Of a DNA stretch of 64,000 bases, positions 36,979-47,745 are shown piece by piece. The notes below the pieces were generated by a model. That model did not search any database. It saw only the letters and a program-made list of their open reading frames with translations, and was not told the origin of the DNA. The number at the start of each line of letters is the position of its first letter. The stretch's first letter is position 1. The position numbers and the translations under genes were made by a program. This DNA comes from Candidatus Micrarchaeota archaeon (GTDB taxonomy: Archaea > Micrarchaeota > Micrarchaeia > Anstonellales > Anstonellaceae): the NCBI GenBank assembly GCA_964581105.1, contig CAZOMB010000003.1, positions 4,421 through 68,420 of the forward strand. Direction: 5' to 3'.

Positions 36979-38759
36979 TTTTCATAGTAATAGTATTCTC
37001 CTGCTTGTTTTTGCTCCCTGTCAAGCGCTGAGTCAGGCTTGTTTATCCTTGGCCTTTTGCTGTCCTTGTCACGTCTTAAGGTTATTTTTGCATTTTCCAA
37101 AAACCTGTTCATGCTTTGCTTTTTTTCAGCAGGCTTTGTAGCTTTTCCTTTTTTCCCAGGCTCACCTTCAAATATCATCATCCTTGAGGAAACAGCATCC
37201 AAAAGAACAAGGTCATGGTCTATTACAAATGCTGCCTTTTTTGAGCCTGTTATGAGCTTTTGCAGTAAATCAGCAAATTCCAGCCTTTGCTCAATATCAA
37301 GAAATGCTGAAGGCTCGTCAAACAGGTAAATGTCTGCTTCCCTCGAGAGTGAAAGAGCAATTGAAACTCTTTGGAGCTCTCCTCCTGAAAGGTCGGAAAG
37401 TTTGCTTTGCATGAGCTTTCCTATGCCGAGCTTTTCTTTTGCCTTTTCTGAAAAAACAGCATCAAGCCCCTCTTCAGCGAAAAGCTTCCCAACCTCAACA
37501 TTTTTCTCTGCCTTTATGTATTGGGGCTTGTAGGACATTTTTATTGCAAGCTTTTCTTTCATATTGTCAGGCTTTTGAACACCTGCAAGCATTTTCATGA
37601 ATATTGACTTTCCAATTGCATTTTCACCAAGTATTCCAATTACTTCTCCTTCTTTTATTTCGCCTGCCTCTGATGAAAAAGAGAACAGGTCAAATTTCTT
37701 TTCAAAAGCAGGATAAGTTGGCTTGGAAGGGGAAGAAACAGCCCCTGCTGATGAGACTGAAAAGCTTATTGAATGGTTTCTAAAGCGAGTATTTTCATCC
37801 TTCAAAAACCCGTCCAAATACTCGTTTATTCCGCTTCTTGCTGCCTTTACTCCTGAAACAACTCCATAGGCATTGTCCTGTCCATAAAAAACATGGACAT
37901 AGTCAGAAAGATAGTCAAATACAGCCAAATCATGCTCAATTACAATGACTCTTTTTTCTGAAGCAAGCTCTTTTAGTGCCCTTGCGCAGGCAAGCCTCTG
38001 GCTTATGTCCAGGTAAGCTGCCGGCTCGTCAAAGTAGTACAGGTCAGCATCCTTGCAATAAGCAGCTGCAATTGCCAGCCTTTGAAGCTCGCCTCCTGAC
38101 AAATCAGACACATTTTTTTCCATTATGCTCTCAAGGGAAAATGCTTTTACTGCCTTTTGCAGAACTCCTCTTTCATCATTTTTCTCAATGAGCTTTTTCG
38201 CATTTCCCTTGAAAACCTCAGGTATTTTGTATATGTTTTGCGGCTTTAGGGAAACTTTTAGCTTTTTCTCATGCAATGTCCTGAAATAATTCTGAAGCTC
38301 TGGCGAAAGTTTCTCAAGAACCTGCTTTTTTGATAGCTTGGCATCAAAATCAGCAAAATTAGGCTGCAAATGGTTTGCCATAAGCTTTATTGCAGTGCTT
38401 TTACCAATCCCATTCTTTCCAATTAAGCCTACAACTCCTTTTTGGGGCATTGGGAGCCCATAAAGCCTGAAAGCATTTATCCCGTATTGGTAAATCGGCT
38501 CTTCCTTTTCTTCAGGCAAATTGATTATTGTAATGCAGTTTGCTGGGCATTTTTTCGGGCATATGCCGCATCCTGTGCAAAGCTGCTCTGATATTACTGG
38601 GAAGCCTTGCTTGTCAACAACAACAGTGTCCTCGCCCATTCTCACCCCTGGGCAGCATTTCAGGCATGCATAGCCGCACTTTTCCTTTAGGCATAAGTCC
38701 CTGTCTATTATTGCTATCCTTGTTTTTCCCTTGAATTTCATTTCAATCACTAATCCCAT
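36975..38759 (-). CDS. Ribosome recycling ATPase ABCE1/RLI
   Basis: N-terminal Fe-S domain; two ABC cassettes (GKNGIGKS / GENAIGKS, LSGGELQR twice). Confidence 0.95.
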   Translation of the reverse strand: MGLVIEMKFKGKTRIAIIDRDLCLKEKCGYACLKCCPGVRMGEDTVVVDKQGFPVISEQLCTGCGICPKKCPANCITIINLPEEKEEPIYQYGINAFRLYGLPMPQKGVVGLIGKNGIGKSTAIKLMANHLQPNFADFDAKLSKKQVLEKLSPELQNYFRTLHEKKLKVSLKPQNIYKIPEVFKGNAKKLIEKNDERGVLQKAVKAFSLESIMEKNVSDLSGGELQRLAIAAAYCKDADLYYFDEPAAYLDISQRLACARALKELASEKRVIVIEHDLAVFDYLSDYVHVFYGQDNAYGVVSGVKAARSGINEYLDGFLKDENTRFRNHSISFSVSSAGAVSSPSKPTYPAFEKKFDLFSFSSEAGEIKEGEVIGILGENAIGKSIFMKMLAGVQKPDNMKEKLAIKMSYKPQYIKAEKNVEVGKLFAEEGLDAVFSEKAKEKLGIGKLMQSKLSDLSGGELQRVSIALSLSREADIYLFDEPSAFLDIEQRLEFADLLQKLITGSKKAAFVIDHDLVLLDAVSSRMMIFEGEPGKKGKATKPAEKKQSMNRFLENAKITLRRDKDSKRPRINKPDSALDREQKQAGEYYYYEN

Positions 38760-38877
38760 ATTCTCTTATGCTCTTTAATACCTTGTTTGTCGCTATAAGT
38801 AGAACAATATGTTTAAATACCCTTTCAACCATATCCAAACACGTGCCCTCATAGGCACTGTGTGGGAGGAGACATTT

Positions 38878-39810
38878 ATGGTAATGAGAAGTCTTACAAA
38901 TTTCAAGCAGCCTTTCTTGAAGCAGTTTGTTGACTTAAAAGGAAATGACAGAAAAAACGCCATAAGAGAGATAATTAGGATAAAGAATAGTGTTATTGAT
39001 TTGCCCCCAGATATACTTAAAAAAACTGAAGAAAAGAGGCAGATGGGTTTTACAATTTCTGAGGAAATAAAAGAATTAAAGCCAATTGATGGAGATGGAG
39101 TCCTAGAGCTTAAGGAAGTGATGAATATCCGGGAATTTATGAGGCTTGTGGAACTAATTATAGACAAAGATTCTCCCTATGGTGATGAAAGAAGTGCTAA
39201 TTGGGCGAGTGAAGAAATAGAGAGAAAGATAGAACGTAAGCAAAAGCGCTGCGATCAGACTGCAAAAGAACTAGGTTATGACCACCCATTATCTCTTTCA
39301 CTTAAGGATGTCACTATAGCTATGAGAGCAGCATATGCTAAGACGCTTACAAGTTCGAAAAAGCTTAGCCTACCACAACTCCATTACAAAGCCCTTTCAG
39401 AAAATATAAGTTATAATCACGCAGCACAAAAAAAGAGATTGAATTTCTTGGAAAAGACAATCACAAATTTCCTTCTTCCAGGAGGAACAATACTGATCGC
39501 AGTGGGGGCGGTTGTCACCAAGTACTGGGGAAACTTAGTAGAATGGACCAAATCATTAGTGCCACCACAAAAACAAACCCTGCTAGATCTTATTGAAGTG
39601 GCTAGTAATATTATTGGGCCAGGTCTTGCTTTGGCAGCAACATATTTTAGCCGCAAAGCTATAGCAAACAAGTTTAACAAAAAGAAGCAGGCTGTGGATA
39701 AAAATGAATATGAAGAAAAGCAAAGTCTAGAAGAAGAGAGGCTGGCGATGGTTAAGAGGGAGAAAAACGGAGTAAGAAAGGAGCTAAAAGATGTTTATAG
39801 TTCAAACTAA
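38878..39810 (+). CDS. Hypothetical membrane protein with a C-terminal coiled coil
   Basis: Two hydrophobic segments; GGAGG/GGAG upstream. Confidence 0.65.
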   Translation: MVMRSLTNFKQPFLKQFVDLKGNDRKNAIREIIRIKNSVIDLPPDILKKTEEKRQMGFTISEEIKELKPIDGDGVLELKEVMNIREFMRLVELIIDKDSPYGDERSANWASEEIERKIERKQKRCDQTAKELGYDHPLSLSLKDVTIAMRAAYAKTLTSSKKLSLPQLHYKALSENISYNHAAQKKRLNFLEKTITNFLLPGGTILIAVGAVVTKYWGNLVEWTKSLVPPQKQTLLDLIEVASNIIGPGLALAATYFSRKAIANKFNKKKQAVDKNEYEEKQSLEEERLAMVKREKNGVRKELKDVYSSN

Positions 39811-39975
39811 AATCTACTGAAAATTCAACCTAATTTTTGCTTTTATTTCTTTTGGCTTGGGCTTTGCCGAAGCTGGTCCTGTCAGTTGTCCAATGTCGTA
39901 AAATGTACAGATAAAGCTTTATCTTTTTCGGATGTAATATATAGTGCATGACAGTCCGACAGAGGTGCGGAATAT

Positions 39976-40965
39976 GTGGGGATGTACGCAGTTCTGTCCA
40001 AGCCAGGTAAGGGCAATGGCACAGAACTAAAAAACAAAACAGCTTCTTCTCATGCATTAGACAAAAAGCTAAAGTCTGACAAAGAAAAAAAGCTCTTTAC
40101 ACCAAAGAGAAAAAGAAAAGAATTCTCAAAGCAAGACTCAGAACGCGACAAGACAAGCATGTTCAAAAGAAAGCAGCTTGACTTTGAGCTTAATGCCCCA
40201 ATCAGCCTTGAGCAGACAAAAGAAATGGCAATGTACTATTACCTAAAATGGAGGCAAACCAAAGAGCCTGAAAGCAGGGAAATAGACATGAAGCTTAAGT
40301 CATATGCCCCAAGCTATGCAGATAAGATACTAACAATGCTAAGGGACAATGGAAATAGCGGGAAAAAGGCGCGCAGGTTCCTGTTTGACGCAAAAAAGAT
40401 TGCAATGGGCTCTGCAGCAAAAATAGTACACAGGAAAAAGGAGCTTCTTGCAAAGCTTGATGAAATTGAAAGCCAAAAGAAGGGGGCTTTCTTGCAGCTT
40501 GAAAAAGAAAAGAAAAAGAGCCTTGCAGCCACAAAAGAGTTCTACTCACGAAAGGACAAGTTTCTTGATGGGCTCCGCTCAAAGAAATTTGTTACTCTTG
40601 AAAAGTACATGAGAATTGCAGTGCCGCTTGGGGGAGGAATAGCTGCATTTATAGCAGGAGCATCCCCTGAAATTGTAGCAGGTGCAGTTGCGGCTGGCTG
40701 GCTTTTGCTCAAAGGCTTTAAAATAGCAATAATTGACTGGCATCTTGGCATGGTGAAAAACAGGATTCCAAAAAGGGAGGAGAAGAAAATCAGGAAAACA
40801 AATGATAAAATAAGCAAGAAAAAGGACCAAGTTCAGGATGATTACATTTATCAGAAAAAGTGGCATGTGGAAAAGTTTAAAGAGCAAAGAAAAGCAATAC
40901 TTGAAAAGCTTGAAAAAGATTATGCAAAGCTTCTTGACAAGCACAGCTACTGGGCCTTCAACTAA
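39976..40965 (+). CDS. Hypothetical Lys-rich coiled-coil protein with a TM hairpin
   Basis: IAVPLGGGIAAFIAG..IVAGAVAAGWLLL flanked by coiled coils. Confidence 0.7.
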   Translation: MGMYAVLSKPGKGNGTELKNKTASSHALDKKLKSDKEKKLFTPKRKRKEFSKQDSERDKTSMFKRKQLDFELNAPISLEQTKEMAMYYYLKWRQTKEPESREIDMKLKSYAPSYADKILTMLRDNGNSGKKARRFLFDAKKIAMGSAAKIVHRKKELLAKLDEIESQKKGAFLQLEKEKKKSLAATKEFYSRKDKFLDGLRSKKFVTLEKYMRIAVPLGGGIAAFIAGASPEIVAGAVAAGWLLLKGFKIAIIDWHLGMVKNRIPKREEKKIRKTNDKISKKKDQVQDDYIYQKKWHVEKFKEQRKAILEKLEKDYAKLLDKHSYWAFN

Positions 40966-40998
40966 CCCTTAAAAGCATCTGCAAACACTTGTTTTGCC

Positions 40999-42039
40999 AT
41001 GAGAATAGTGAAGCAGAATGCAAAAGAAGGGGAAATAAGACTCACTCCAGAGAATTTGGAGGACTTGTGGCACATTGAAAGGATACTCTCATCAGGCGAC
41101 CAAATAGTTTCAAAGAGCTGGAGGCGCTTTAAAGCAACAGAAACAGATGCAGGAGAGAAAAAGCCAGTCACAATAAGGCTTGAGGCAGAAAAAGTGGAGT
41201 TTGCAAAATATGCAAACAGGCTAAGGGTAACTGGAAAGATAATTGAGGGAACGCCAGTAGAATTTGTTCAAAAAGGCTCTTACCACACAATAGACATTGA
41301 GCCTGGATTTCCTGTTTCAATAATAAAGAAAAAGTGGATGAATCATCAGCTCATGAGAATAAGGCAGGCAGTAAAAGAAACAAAAAGGCCAAAGTTGGGC
41401 ATACTTGTGCTTGATGAAAAAGCAGCGCTTTATGCCACTTTGCGGGGATTTGGAGTACAGTATGAGATTGAGCTTGAAAACAAGGCATCAAAAAAAGACA
41501 AGAATTTTGAGGAAAAGAATACAGCATTTTACAATGAGATAATCAAAAAGCTTGTTTCATCAAAAGTAGGGAGAATAATAGTTGCAGGCCCTGGCTTTGG
41601 AAAAGAAAACCTATTCAAGTTCATAAAACAAAAAGAGCCTGAGCTTGCAAAAAGGATTGTTCTTGAGTACTGCTCATCTGCAGAAAGGACCGGGGTTAAT
41701 GAGCTTTTGAAATCGGGAGCAATCTCAAAGCTTGTTGAAGGCGAAAGAACAGCGCAAGAGCTTGAGCTAATGGAGAAGTTTTCAGCTGAAATTGGGAAAC
41801 AAAGCGGGTTAGCAGCTTATGGGCTTGAGCAAGTGAAAGCAGCTGTAAATTACTCAGCTGTTGGTACTCTAATGGTGCTTGATGAACTGCTTAGGAGCAA
41901 TAAGCAAGTTGAGCAAATTGTGGAGCAAGCAGAAAAAAAGAAAGTAAAGCTTGTCATTTTCTCGCATGAGTCAGATGGGGGAGGGCAGCTAGAGGGCTTT
42001 GGCGGGTTTGCTGCTTTATTGAGATTCAAGATACGGTAA
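40999..42039 (+). CDS. pelA: Pelota ribosome rescue factor
   Basis: EDLWH, RLRVTGKI, YHTI, AGPGF.K, GFGGFAALLRF. Confidence 0.95.
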   Translation: MRIVKQNAKEGEIRLTPENLEDLWHIERILSSGDQIVSKSWRRFKATETDAGEKKPVTIRLEAEKVEFAKYANRLRVTGKIIEGTPVEFVQKGSYHTIDIEPGFPVSIIKKKWMNHQLMRIRQAVKETKRPKLGILVLDEKAALYATLRGFGVQYEIELENKASKKDKNFEEKNTAFYNEIIKKLVSSKVGRIIVAGPGFGKENLFKFIKQKEPELAKRIVLEYCSSAERTGVNELLKSGAISKLVEGERTAQELELMEKFSAEIGKQSGLAAYGLEQVKAAVNYSAVGTLMVLDELLRSNKQVEQIVEQAEKKKVKLVIFSHESDGGGQLEGFGGFAALLRFKIR

Positions 42040-42993
42040 TTATTTCACCAAAAGAAGCTGTGCCAACAATGCCTCTACTTGCAGGATTTCATTAGCCCCC
42101 TGCACCAGTCTGAAATTATACTCGCCAATCTTGTCAACTATTGCGACTTTTTCCTTTTCAGTTACATCTAAGGAATCAACTGTCCTGTACATCTGTATAA
42201 GCACATCCTCCCCAGACATTCCATAGCTTATCATGAGGTCATGCAATTTCTTCCTCGCATCAGTGAATTTTTTGTCAAGAGCAAGCTCCATCATCTTTTT
42301 TACTTCTGCTGGCTGTGCCCTGCTTGAGCTTTTGTATATGGAATCAGCGGTTATTTTTTTTGCGTGAAGTGAAGCGCCTTGCAAGGCATTTATTGCTCGT
42401 CTCATGTCGCCTTCTGAGACATAAAGAAGGGCTTCAATTGCCTTTTTGTCAAGCGAAAGCTTTTCGCCTTTTGCAACCCTTTCAATCATTTCTTTAGTTT
42501 CTTCCTCAGCAAGGGGCCTGTAGCGGAACACTGAGCAGCGGCTTTGTATTGGCTCTATTATTTTTGAGGAATAATTGGCAGACAGGATGAAGCGCGTCAC
42601 ATTAACATAAAGCTCCATTGTCCTTCTCAGGGCATTTTGTGCGTCACCAGTCAATGAGTCTGCCTCATCAAGGAAAATAAGCTTGAATGGAACGCTTGCC
42701 AAGGTAACAGTCCTTGCAAAGTCCTTTATCTTTCCCCTCACTACGTCGATGCCTCTTTCATCTGATGCGTTTAATTCGAGTATGCTTTGCCTGTAATTTT
42801 CTCCATACAAGTCACGAGCCAAGGCAAGTGCTGCTGTAGTTTTCCCAATGCCAGGAGGCCCGGCAAAAAGCAAGTTAGGCATGTTCTTTTCCTTTACATA
42901 TGCCTTAAGGATTGAAACAATCTCAGGCTGGCCAACTATCTCAGAAAGGCTTTTTGGCCTGTACTTTTCAGTCCACGGTGTATAATCTACCAT
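42040..42993 (-). CDS. rfcS: Replication factor C small subunit
   Basis: PWTEKYRP, GPPGIGKT, ELNASDERG, DEAD, SRC. Confidence 0.97.
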   Translation of the reverse strand: MVDYTPWTEKYRPKSLSEIVGQPEIVSILKAYVKEKNMPNLLFAGPPGIGKTTAALALARDLYGENYRQSILELNASDERGIDVVRGKIKDFARTVTLASVPFKLIFLDEADSLTGDAQNALRRTMELYVNVTRFILSANYSSKIIEPIQSRCSVFRYRPLAEEETKEMIERVAKGEKLSLDKKAIEALLYVSEGDMRRAINALQGASLHAKKITADSIYKSSSRAQPAEVKKMMELALDKKFTDARKKLHDLMISYGMSGEDVLIQMYRTVDSLDVTEKEKVAIVDKIGEYNFRLVQGANEILQVEALLAQLLLVK

Positions 42994-43068
42994 CTCACTC
43001 TCCCGAATGGGTTTAGTTCCAAATGCCTTATATAGTTTCTTCTTTCGTATTTAGCAGGCGTGGTTTAG

Positions 43069-43386
43069 TTGAAAATGGGAGAATTTGGCTCAAGCTTGGC
43101 TGTTTCAGCCCTTGTAGTGGCATTTGTAATGCTCTCAAGCATAGGCCAGGGAATGCCAGTCCTTTTTGCGCTTTCCCTTCTTGCAGTCTCGCAGATTGGC
43201 TTTTTTGCCCTGACAAGCATGCAAGAGCAGAGAAGAGAATATGTTTTCATAATAACAGTGCTTGCATGCTATGCTGTTGCAGCACTTTCAGCAGGCGCAT
43301 TTTCAGCATGGCTGGCACTTGCATTTGTGCCCCTGGTATTCTGCGCTCCTGCTGTCACAGGAATTGTAAAAAATGCATTCTCATAG
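43069..43386 (+). CDS. Small membrane protein
   Basis: Four hydrophobic helices. Confidence 0.55.
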   Translation: MKMGEFGSSLAVSALVVAFVMLSSIGQGMPVLFALSLLAVSQIGFFALTSMQEQRREYVFIITVLACYAVAALSAGAFSAWLALAFVPLVFCAPAVTGIVKNAFS

Positions 43387-43397
43387 GGTGATTTTGC

Positions 43398-46300
43398 TTG
43401 CATGACCAAGTAAAGCTTGAAAAGGAAGTATTAGGCTTTTGGAAAAAGGGGAAGATATACCAAAAGGTAGTTGAGTCAGTAAAAGATGGAAAGCCTTTCT
43501 ACTTTTGTGACGGGCCCCCATATGCAACAGGCCAAATTCACCCCGGCACTGCGTGGAACAAGGCGCTCAAGGACTGTGTTTGCAGGTACAAAAGGGCAAA
43601 AGGCTTTGCAGTCAGGGCACAGCCAGGCTATGACACGCATGGTCTGCCAATAGAGGTAAAGGTTGAAAAAGAGCTAAAAATATCCAACAAGAACCAGATT
43701 GAAAAGCTTGGGGTTGAAAGCTTTGTCCAAAAGTGCAAGGCATTTGCAACCCAGTATATTGGGATAATTTCAGAGCAGTTTGAAAGCTGCGGAGTTTGGA
43801 TGGACTGGAATAACCCTTATGTCACTTACAAGGACAGCTATATTGAGTCATGCTGGAGGACAATTCACGCTGCGCATGAAAAAGGGCTTCTCCACGAAGG
43901 GGTTTATGTTGTTCCCTATTGCTCGCGCTGCGAAACAACGCTTGCAAACTATGAGCTTGAGTATGGGGATGAGCAAGACCCTTCAATTTTTGTGAAATTC
44001 AAATCTTCATCAGGAAAAAACGAATATTTTGTTATCTGGACTACTACTCCATGGACTTTGGTTTCAAATATGGCAATAATGGCACACCCAGTATACACTT
44101 ATGTAAAGGTAAAAGTAGGGGGGGAGACTTGGATATTGGCAAAAGACAGGCTTGATTATTTAATGTCGATTATTGGGGAGTCTGCAACTGTTTTGGGGGA
44201 GCTTTCAGGCAAAAAGCTTGAAAAGCTGAAATACCTGCACCCGCTGCAGAATAAGATAGGAAAAAAATGCGAAAGAAAAGTCATTCTTTCAGATGAATTT
44301 GTCACTTTGGAAGAAGGCACAGGCCTTGTGCACTGTGCCCCTGGCCATGGCATGGCAGACTTTATAATCGGAAAAAGGTTTGGCATAGATGCATTTGCAC
44401 CTGTTGACACAGCAGGGAAGTTCACAAAAGAAGGGGGCACATACCATGGCATGCCAGTAAGGGAAGCATCTGAAAAAATAATACAAGACTTGAAAGAAGC
44501 AGGAGCACTTGTGCACTCAGGCAAGGTATTGCACAGGTATCCTCACTGCTGGCGCTGCAAAACTCCTCTAATATACACTGCAACAAACCAGTGGTTCATT
44601 GCAGTCACAAAGCTAAAAGAAAAAATGCTTGAGCAGATAGACAACTGCGAGTGGCACCCTGAATTTGCAAAAACAAGGTTCAAGGAATTTGTTTCATCTG
44701 CGCCTGACTGGTGCATTTCCCGCCAGCGCTATTGGGGAATCCCGCTGCCAATCTGGAAGGAGCGCCACTCAGGGCATGTGAAAGTAATAGGCAGCGCAAA
44801 AGAGCTTCCAAAGATGCCAGAGCTTCACAGGCCGCATATTGACAAAATAAAGCTCAAGGCAAAGGATGGCAAGACAATGCATCGGATACCTGACATTCTG
44901 GATGTCTGGTTTGACTCAGGAAACGCTGTCTGGGCATCTTTAACAGAAGAAGAGCGCAAAATTTTCCCAAGAACAGACTTTATAGTTGAGGGCAAGGACC
45001 AGATAAGGGGCTGGTTTTATTCGCTTTTAGGCTCAGGGGTGCTTCTTAACAATGAGATACCTTACAAAGCCCTTCTTATGCACGGCTTTTTTGTTGATGA
45101 AAAAGGGGAAAAAATGAGCAAGTCAGTGGGCAATTTCGTCCCTCTTGAGGATGTTACTGGAAAATACGGGGCAGATGCATTCAGGCTTTGGAGCCTTTCA
45201 AATACTGTTTGGGATGACCTTCGCTTCAACTGGGAGGAAATAAAAGAGGCGCACCGTTCCATTGGAACTATTTACAACTTAGGGGTTTTCCTTTCAAGGT
45301 TCTGCCCTCTAGGCAGAAAGCCAGTACTTCCTGCATTGGATGAGCTTGCAACAGAGGACAAATGGCTGTTGTCCCGCCTTTTTGCAACAACCAAGGCATG
45401 CAGTGAGGCCTTTGAAGGCTATCAGCCGCATGTTGCAGCAAAGGCATTGCGTGATTTTCTTGTTGAGGATGTCAGCAGATTTTACATGAAGCTTGCAAAG
45501 CAGAGAATAGATGAAAAGAAAGGCACATGCCCTGCAATGGCTGTGCTTTACAAGGCAGTTCTTGACTCTCTTTGCATGCTAACCCCTGTTGCGCCTTTCA
45601 TATCAGAAAGCATTTACCAGTCGTTTTACAGGAAAAAGGAGCACAAAGAGTCAATAAGCCTGCTTGCCTGGCCTGAGGCAGAAAAAGCCCATTATGACGC
45701 GCTTTTGGAAAGGCGCTTTGAAATAGCAAGGGAAATTGCAACTGCCTGCGCAAGCTGCAGGCAAAAGGCCCAAATACCCCTTCGCTGGCCCCTTGAGAAA
45801 GTAAGGGTGGTATCAGAGTCAACTGAAGTGCTCTCAGCTGTTGAGCATTTGTCAGCCCTTGTTGAATCCCTGTCAAATGTAAAGTCAGTGAAAATAACAA
45901 AGCAGCCAAAAAGCACAATAACAGTATCAGTGAACAAATCAAAGGTCGGGGCTGCGTTCAAAAAGGAATCACAAGAAGCCATTTTGGCAATTGAAAGGCA
46001 AGGCCCTGGTGCAATAGAAAAATGGATTTCTTCTGATGAAAAAGAATTTCTTGCTGAAGGAAAGTTTAAAATCCAAAAGGACATGGTAGAGGTTTCTGAG
46101 ACGGCAAAAGGCTATGAGATTGCCAGGTTTGACGGGGGCAAGGTTTACCTGAAAACAGAGATAAAAAAGCCGCTTTATGAGGAAGCAATGGTGCGCGAGG
46201 TTGCAAGAAGGGTGCAAATAATGCGCAAGGAGAAAAAACTTGTTGAGTCAGACAAAATCTCGCTTGGCATAGAAACATCGGACAAAAAGCTTTCTCCAAT

Positions 46301-46433
46301 ACTGAAAAAGCACTCATCAAAACTGGCCTCCCAGGTTAACGCAGAAAAAGTGTCATTCTCAAAAGGGGCAGGCTTTTGCAAGCAATGGGAGATACAAGGG
46401 GCAAAGCTGGCAATTTCCATTGAGAAAAAGTGA
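43398..46433 (+). CDS. ileS: Isoleucyl-tRNA synthetase
   Basis: DGPPYATG, HPGT (HIGH variant), WTTTPWT, WCISRQRYWG, KMSKS. Confidence 0.97.
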   Translation: MHDQVKLEKEVLGFWKKGKIYQKVVESVKDGKPFYFCDGPPYATGQIHPGTAWNKALKDCVCRYKRAKGFAVRAQPGYDTHGLPIEVKVEKELKISNKNQIEKLGVESFVQKCKAFATQYIGIISEQFESCGVWMDWNNPYVTYKDSYIESCWRTIHAAHEKGLLHEGVYVVPYCSRCETTLANYELEYGDEQDPSIFVKFKSSSGKNEYFVIWTTTPWTLVSNMAIMAHPVYTYVKVKVGGETWILAKDRLDYLMSIIGESATVLGELSGKKLEKLKYLHPLQNKIGKKCERKVILSDEFVTLEEGTGLVHCAPGHGMADFIIGKRFGIDAFAPVDTAGKFTKEGGTYHGMPVREASEKIIQDLKEAGALVHSGKVLHRYPHCWRCKTPLIYTATNQWFIAVTKLKEKMLEQIDNCEWHPEFAKTRFKEFVSSAPDWCISRQRYWGIPLPIWKERHSGHVKVIGSAKELPKMPELHRPHIDKIKLKAKDGKTMHRIPDILDVWFDSGNAVWASLTEEERKIFPRTDFIVEGKDQIRGWFYSLLGSGVLLNNEIPYKALLMHGFFVDEKGEKMSKSVGNFVPLEDVTGKYGADAFRLWSLSNTVWDDLRFNWEEIKEAHRSIGTIYNLGVFLSRFCPLGRKPVLPALDELATEDKWLLSRLFATTKACSEAFEGYQPHVAAKALRDFLVEDVSRFYMKLAKQRIDEKKGTCPAMAVLYKAVLDSLCMLTPVAPFISESIYQSFYRKKEHKESISLLAWPEAEKAHYDALLERRFEIAREIATACASCRQKAQIPLRWPLEKVRVVSESTEVLSAVEHLSALVESLSNVKSVKITKQPKSTITVSVNKSKVGAAFKKESQEAILAIERQGPGAIEKWISSDEKEFLAEGKFKIQKDMVEVSETAKGYEIARFDGGKVYLKTEIKKPLYEEAMVREVARRVQIMRKEKKLVESDKISLGIETSDKKLSPILKKHSSKLASQVNAEKVSFSKGAGFCKQWEIQGAKLAISIEKK

Positions 46434-46485
46434 GTTGACCAGCTGCATTTTTTAACTATGTCTTCTTTTTTCATTTGGTGTTGTT

Positions 46486-47745
46486 ACGGGCAGGATAATC
46501 AGGGTGCATGCAAGGGAAGTGCTTGACTCAAGGGCAAACCCCACAGTACAGGCAGAAGTGTTTTCAAAAGACGGTTTTGGAAGGGCAACAGCCCCTTCTG
46601 GCGCCTCAACTGGAAAGCACGAGGCAGTTGAGCTTAGGGACAAGGAAAAGCGGTTTTTTGGCAAAGGGGTAAGAAAGGCAGTCAGCAATGTGAATACAGT
46701 TATAGCAAGCTCCCTTATTGGCATGGAAGTATTTGACCAAAAGCTTGTTGACCATATGCTTTGCAGCCTTGATGGAACAAAGGACAAGTCAAGGCTTGGG
46801 GCAAATGCAACAACGGCTGTTTCTCTTGCAAATGCACAGTGTGCAGCGTCTGAAAAGGGAATAGGGCTTTATTCGCTTCTTGGAGGGGGGGTATTGCCAG
46901 CGCCTATGATGAACCTTATTAATGGAGGCAAGCACGCATCAAATGGGCTGGCAATACAGGAGTTCATGGTATTTCCGACAGGCTTTTCCAGCTTTTCACA
47001 GACTTTGCAGGCAGGCTCTGAAATATACCATGAGCTTGGCAAATTGATATCAAAAAAATACGGCAAAGGCTCAACAGGCCTTGGGGATGAAGGAGGATTT
47101 GCCCCGCAATGCAGGTCAACAAAAGATGCGTTATCACTTCTTGAGTCTGCAATATCAAATTCAGGCTATTCAAAAAAGGTGAAAATGGCTATTGATGCAG
47201 CTGCATCGTCATTTTACAGCCAAAAGGAAAAAAAGTACTTTATTGACAAAAAAAAGCTCTCTTCTTTACAGCTTACAGACTTTTACAAATCCCTTTCAAA
47301 GCAATTCCCGATAATCAGCATAGAAGACCCGTTTGAGGAAGAGGCATTCTCAAGCTTTGCGTCTCTTCGGAAAAAGCTGAAGGGAAAAGTGCAGATTGTT
47401 GGGGATGACCTTGTTGTGACAAATGTTTCAAGGCTCAAAAAGGCAATTTCACAAAAGTCAATAAGCGCACTTCTTCTCAAGGTAAACCAGGTGGGCACCC
47501 TTACAGAGGCAATTGAAGCTGCCTTGCTTTGCAGGAAGAAAAAGCTAGGGGTGATAGTTTCCCACAGGTCAGGAGAAACAGAGGACACTGCAATTGCAGA
47601 CCTTGCAGTTGGCCTTGCTTGCGGCCAGATAAAAACAGGATCTCTTGCCAGAAGTGAGAGGACTTCCAAATACAACAGATTGCTGCAAATAGAAGAAGAG
47701 CTTGGCAGCAGCTCATTTGCAAAGGGCACTGGGATTGCTTTTTAG
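46486..47745 (+). CDS. eno: Enolase (first canonical start is GTG 46504; homology suggests ACG 46486)
   Basis: AREVLDSRANPTV, SGASTG, GDEGG, LKVNQVG, SHRSGETED. Confidence 0.95.
   Translation, partial: TGRIIRVHAREVLDSRANPTVQAEVFSKDGFGRATAPSGASTGKHEAVELRDKEKRFFGKGVRKAVSNVNTVIASSLIGMEVFDQKLVDHMLCSLDGTKDKSRLGANATTAVSLANAQCAASEKGIGLYSLLGGGVLPAPMMNLINGGKHASNGLAIQEFMVFPTGFSSFSQTLQAGSEIYHELGKLISKKYGKGSTGLGDEGGFAPQCRSTKDALSLLESAISNSGYSKKVKMAIDAAASSFYSQKEKKYFIDKKKLSSLQLTDFYKSLSKQFPIISIEDPFEEEAFSSFASLRKKLKGKVQIVGDDLVVTNVSRLKKAISQKSISALLLKVNQVGTLTEAIEAALLCRKKKLGVIVSHRSGETEDTAIADLAVGLACGQIKTGSLARSERTSKYNRLLQIEEELGSSSFAKGTGIAF

Noticed and set aside
46458..46503. BHB intron joining ATG 46458 to the enolase frame
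   Set aside because: Only a loose G-U-rich hairpin; no 4-bp helix with two 3-nt bulges could be drawn
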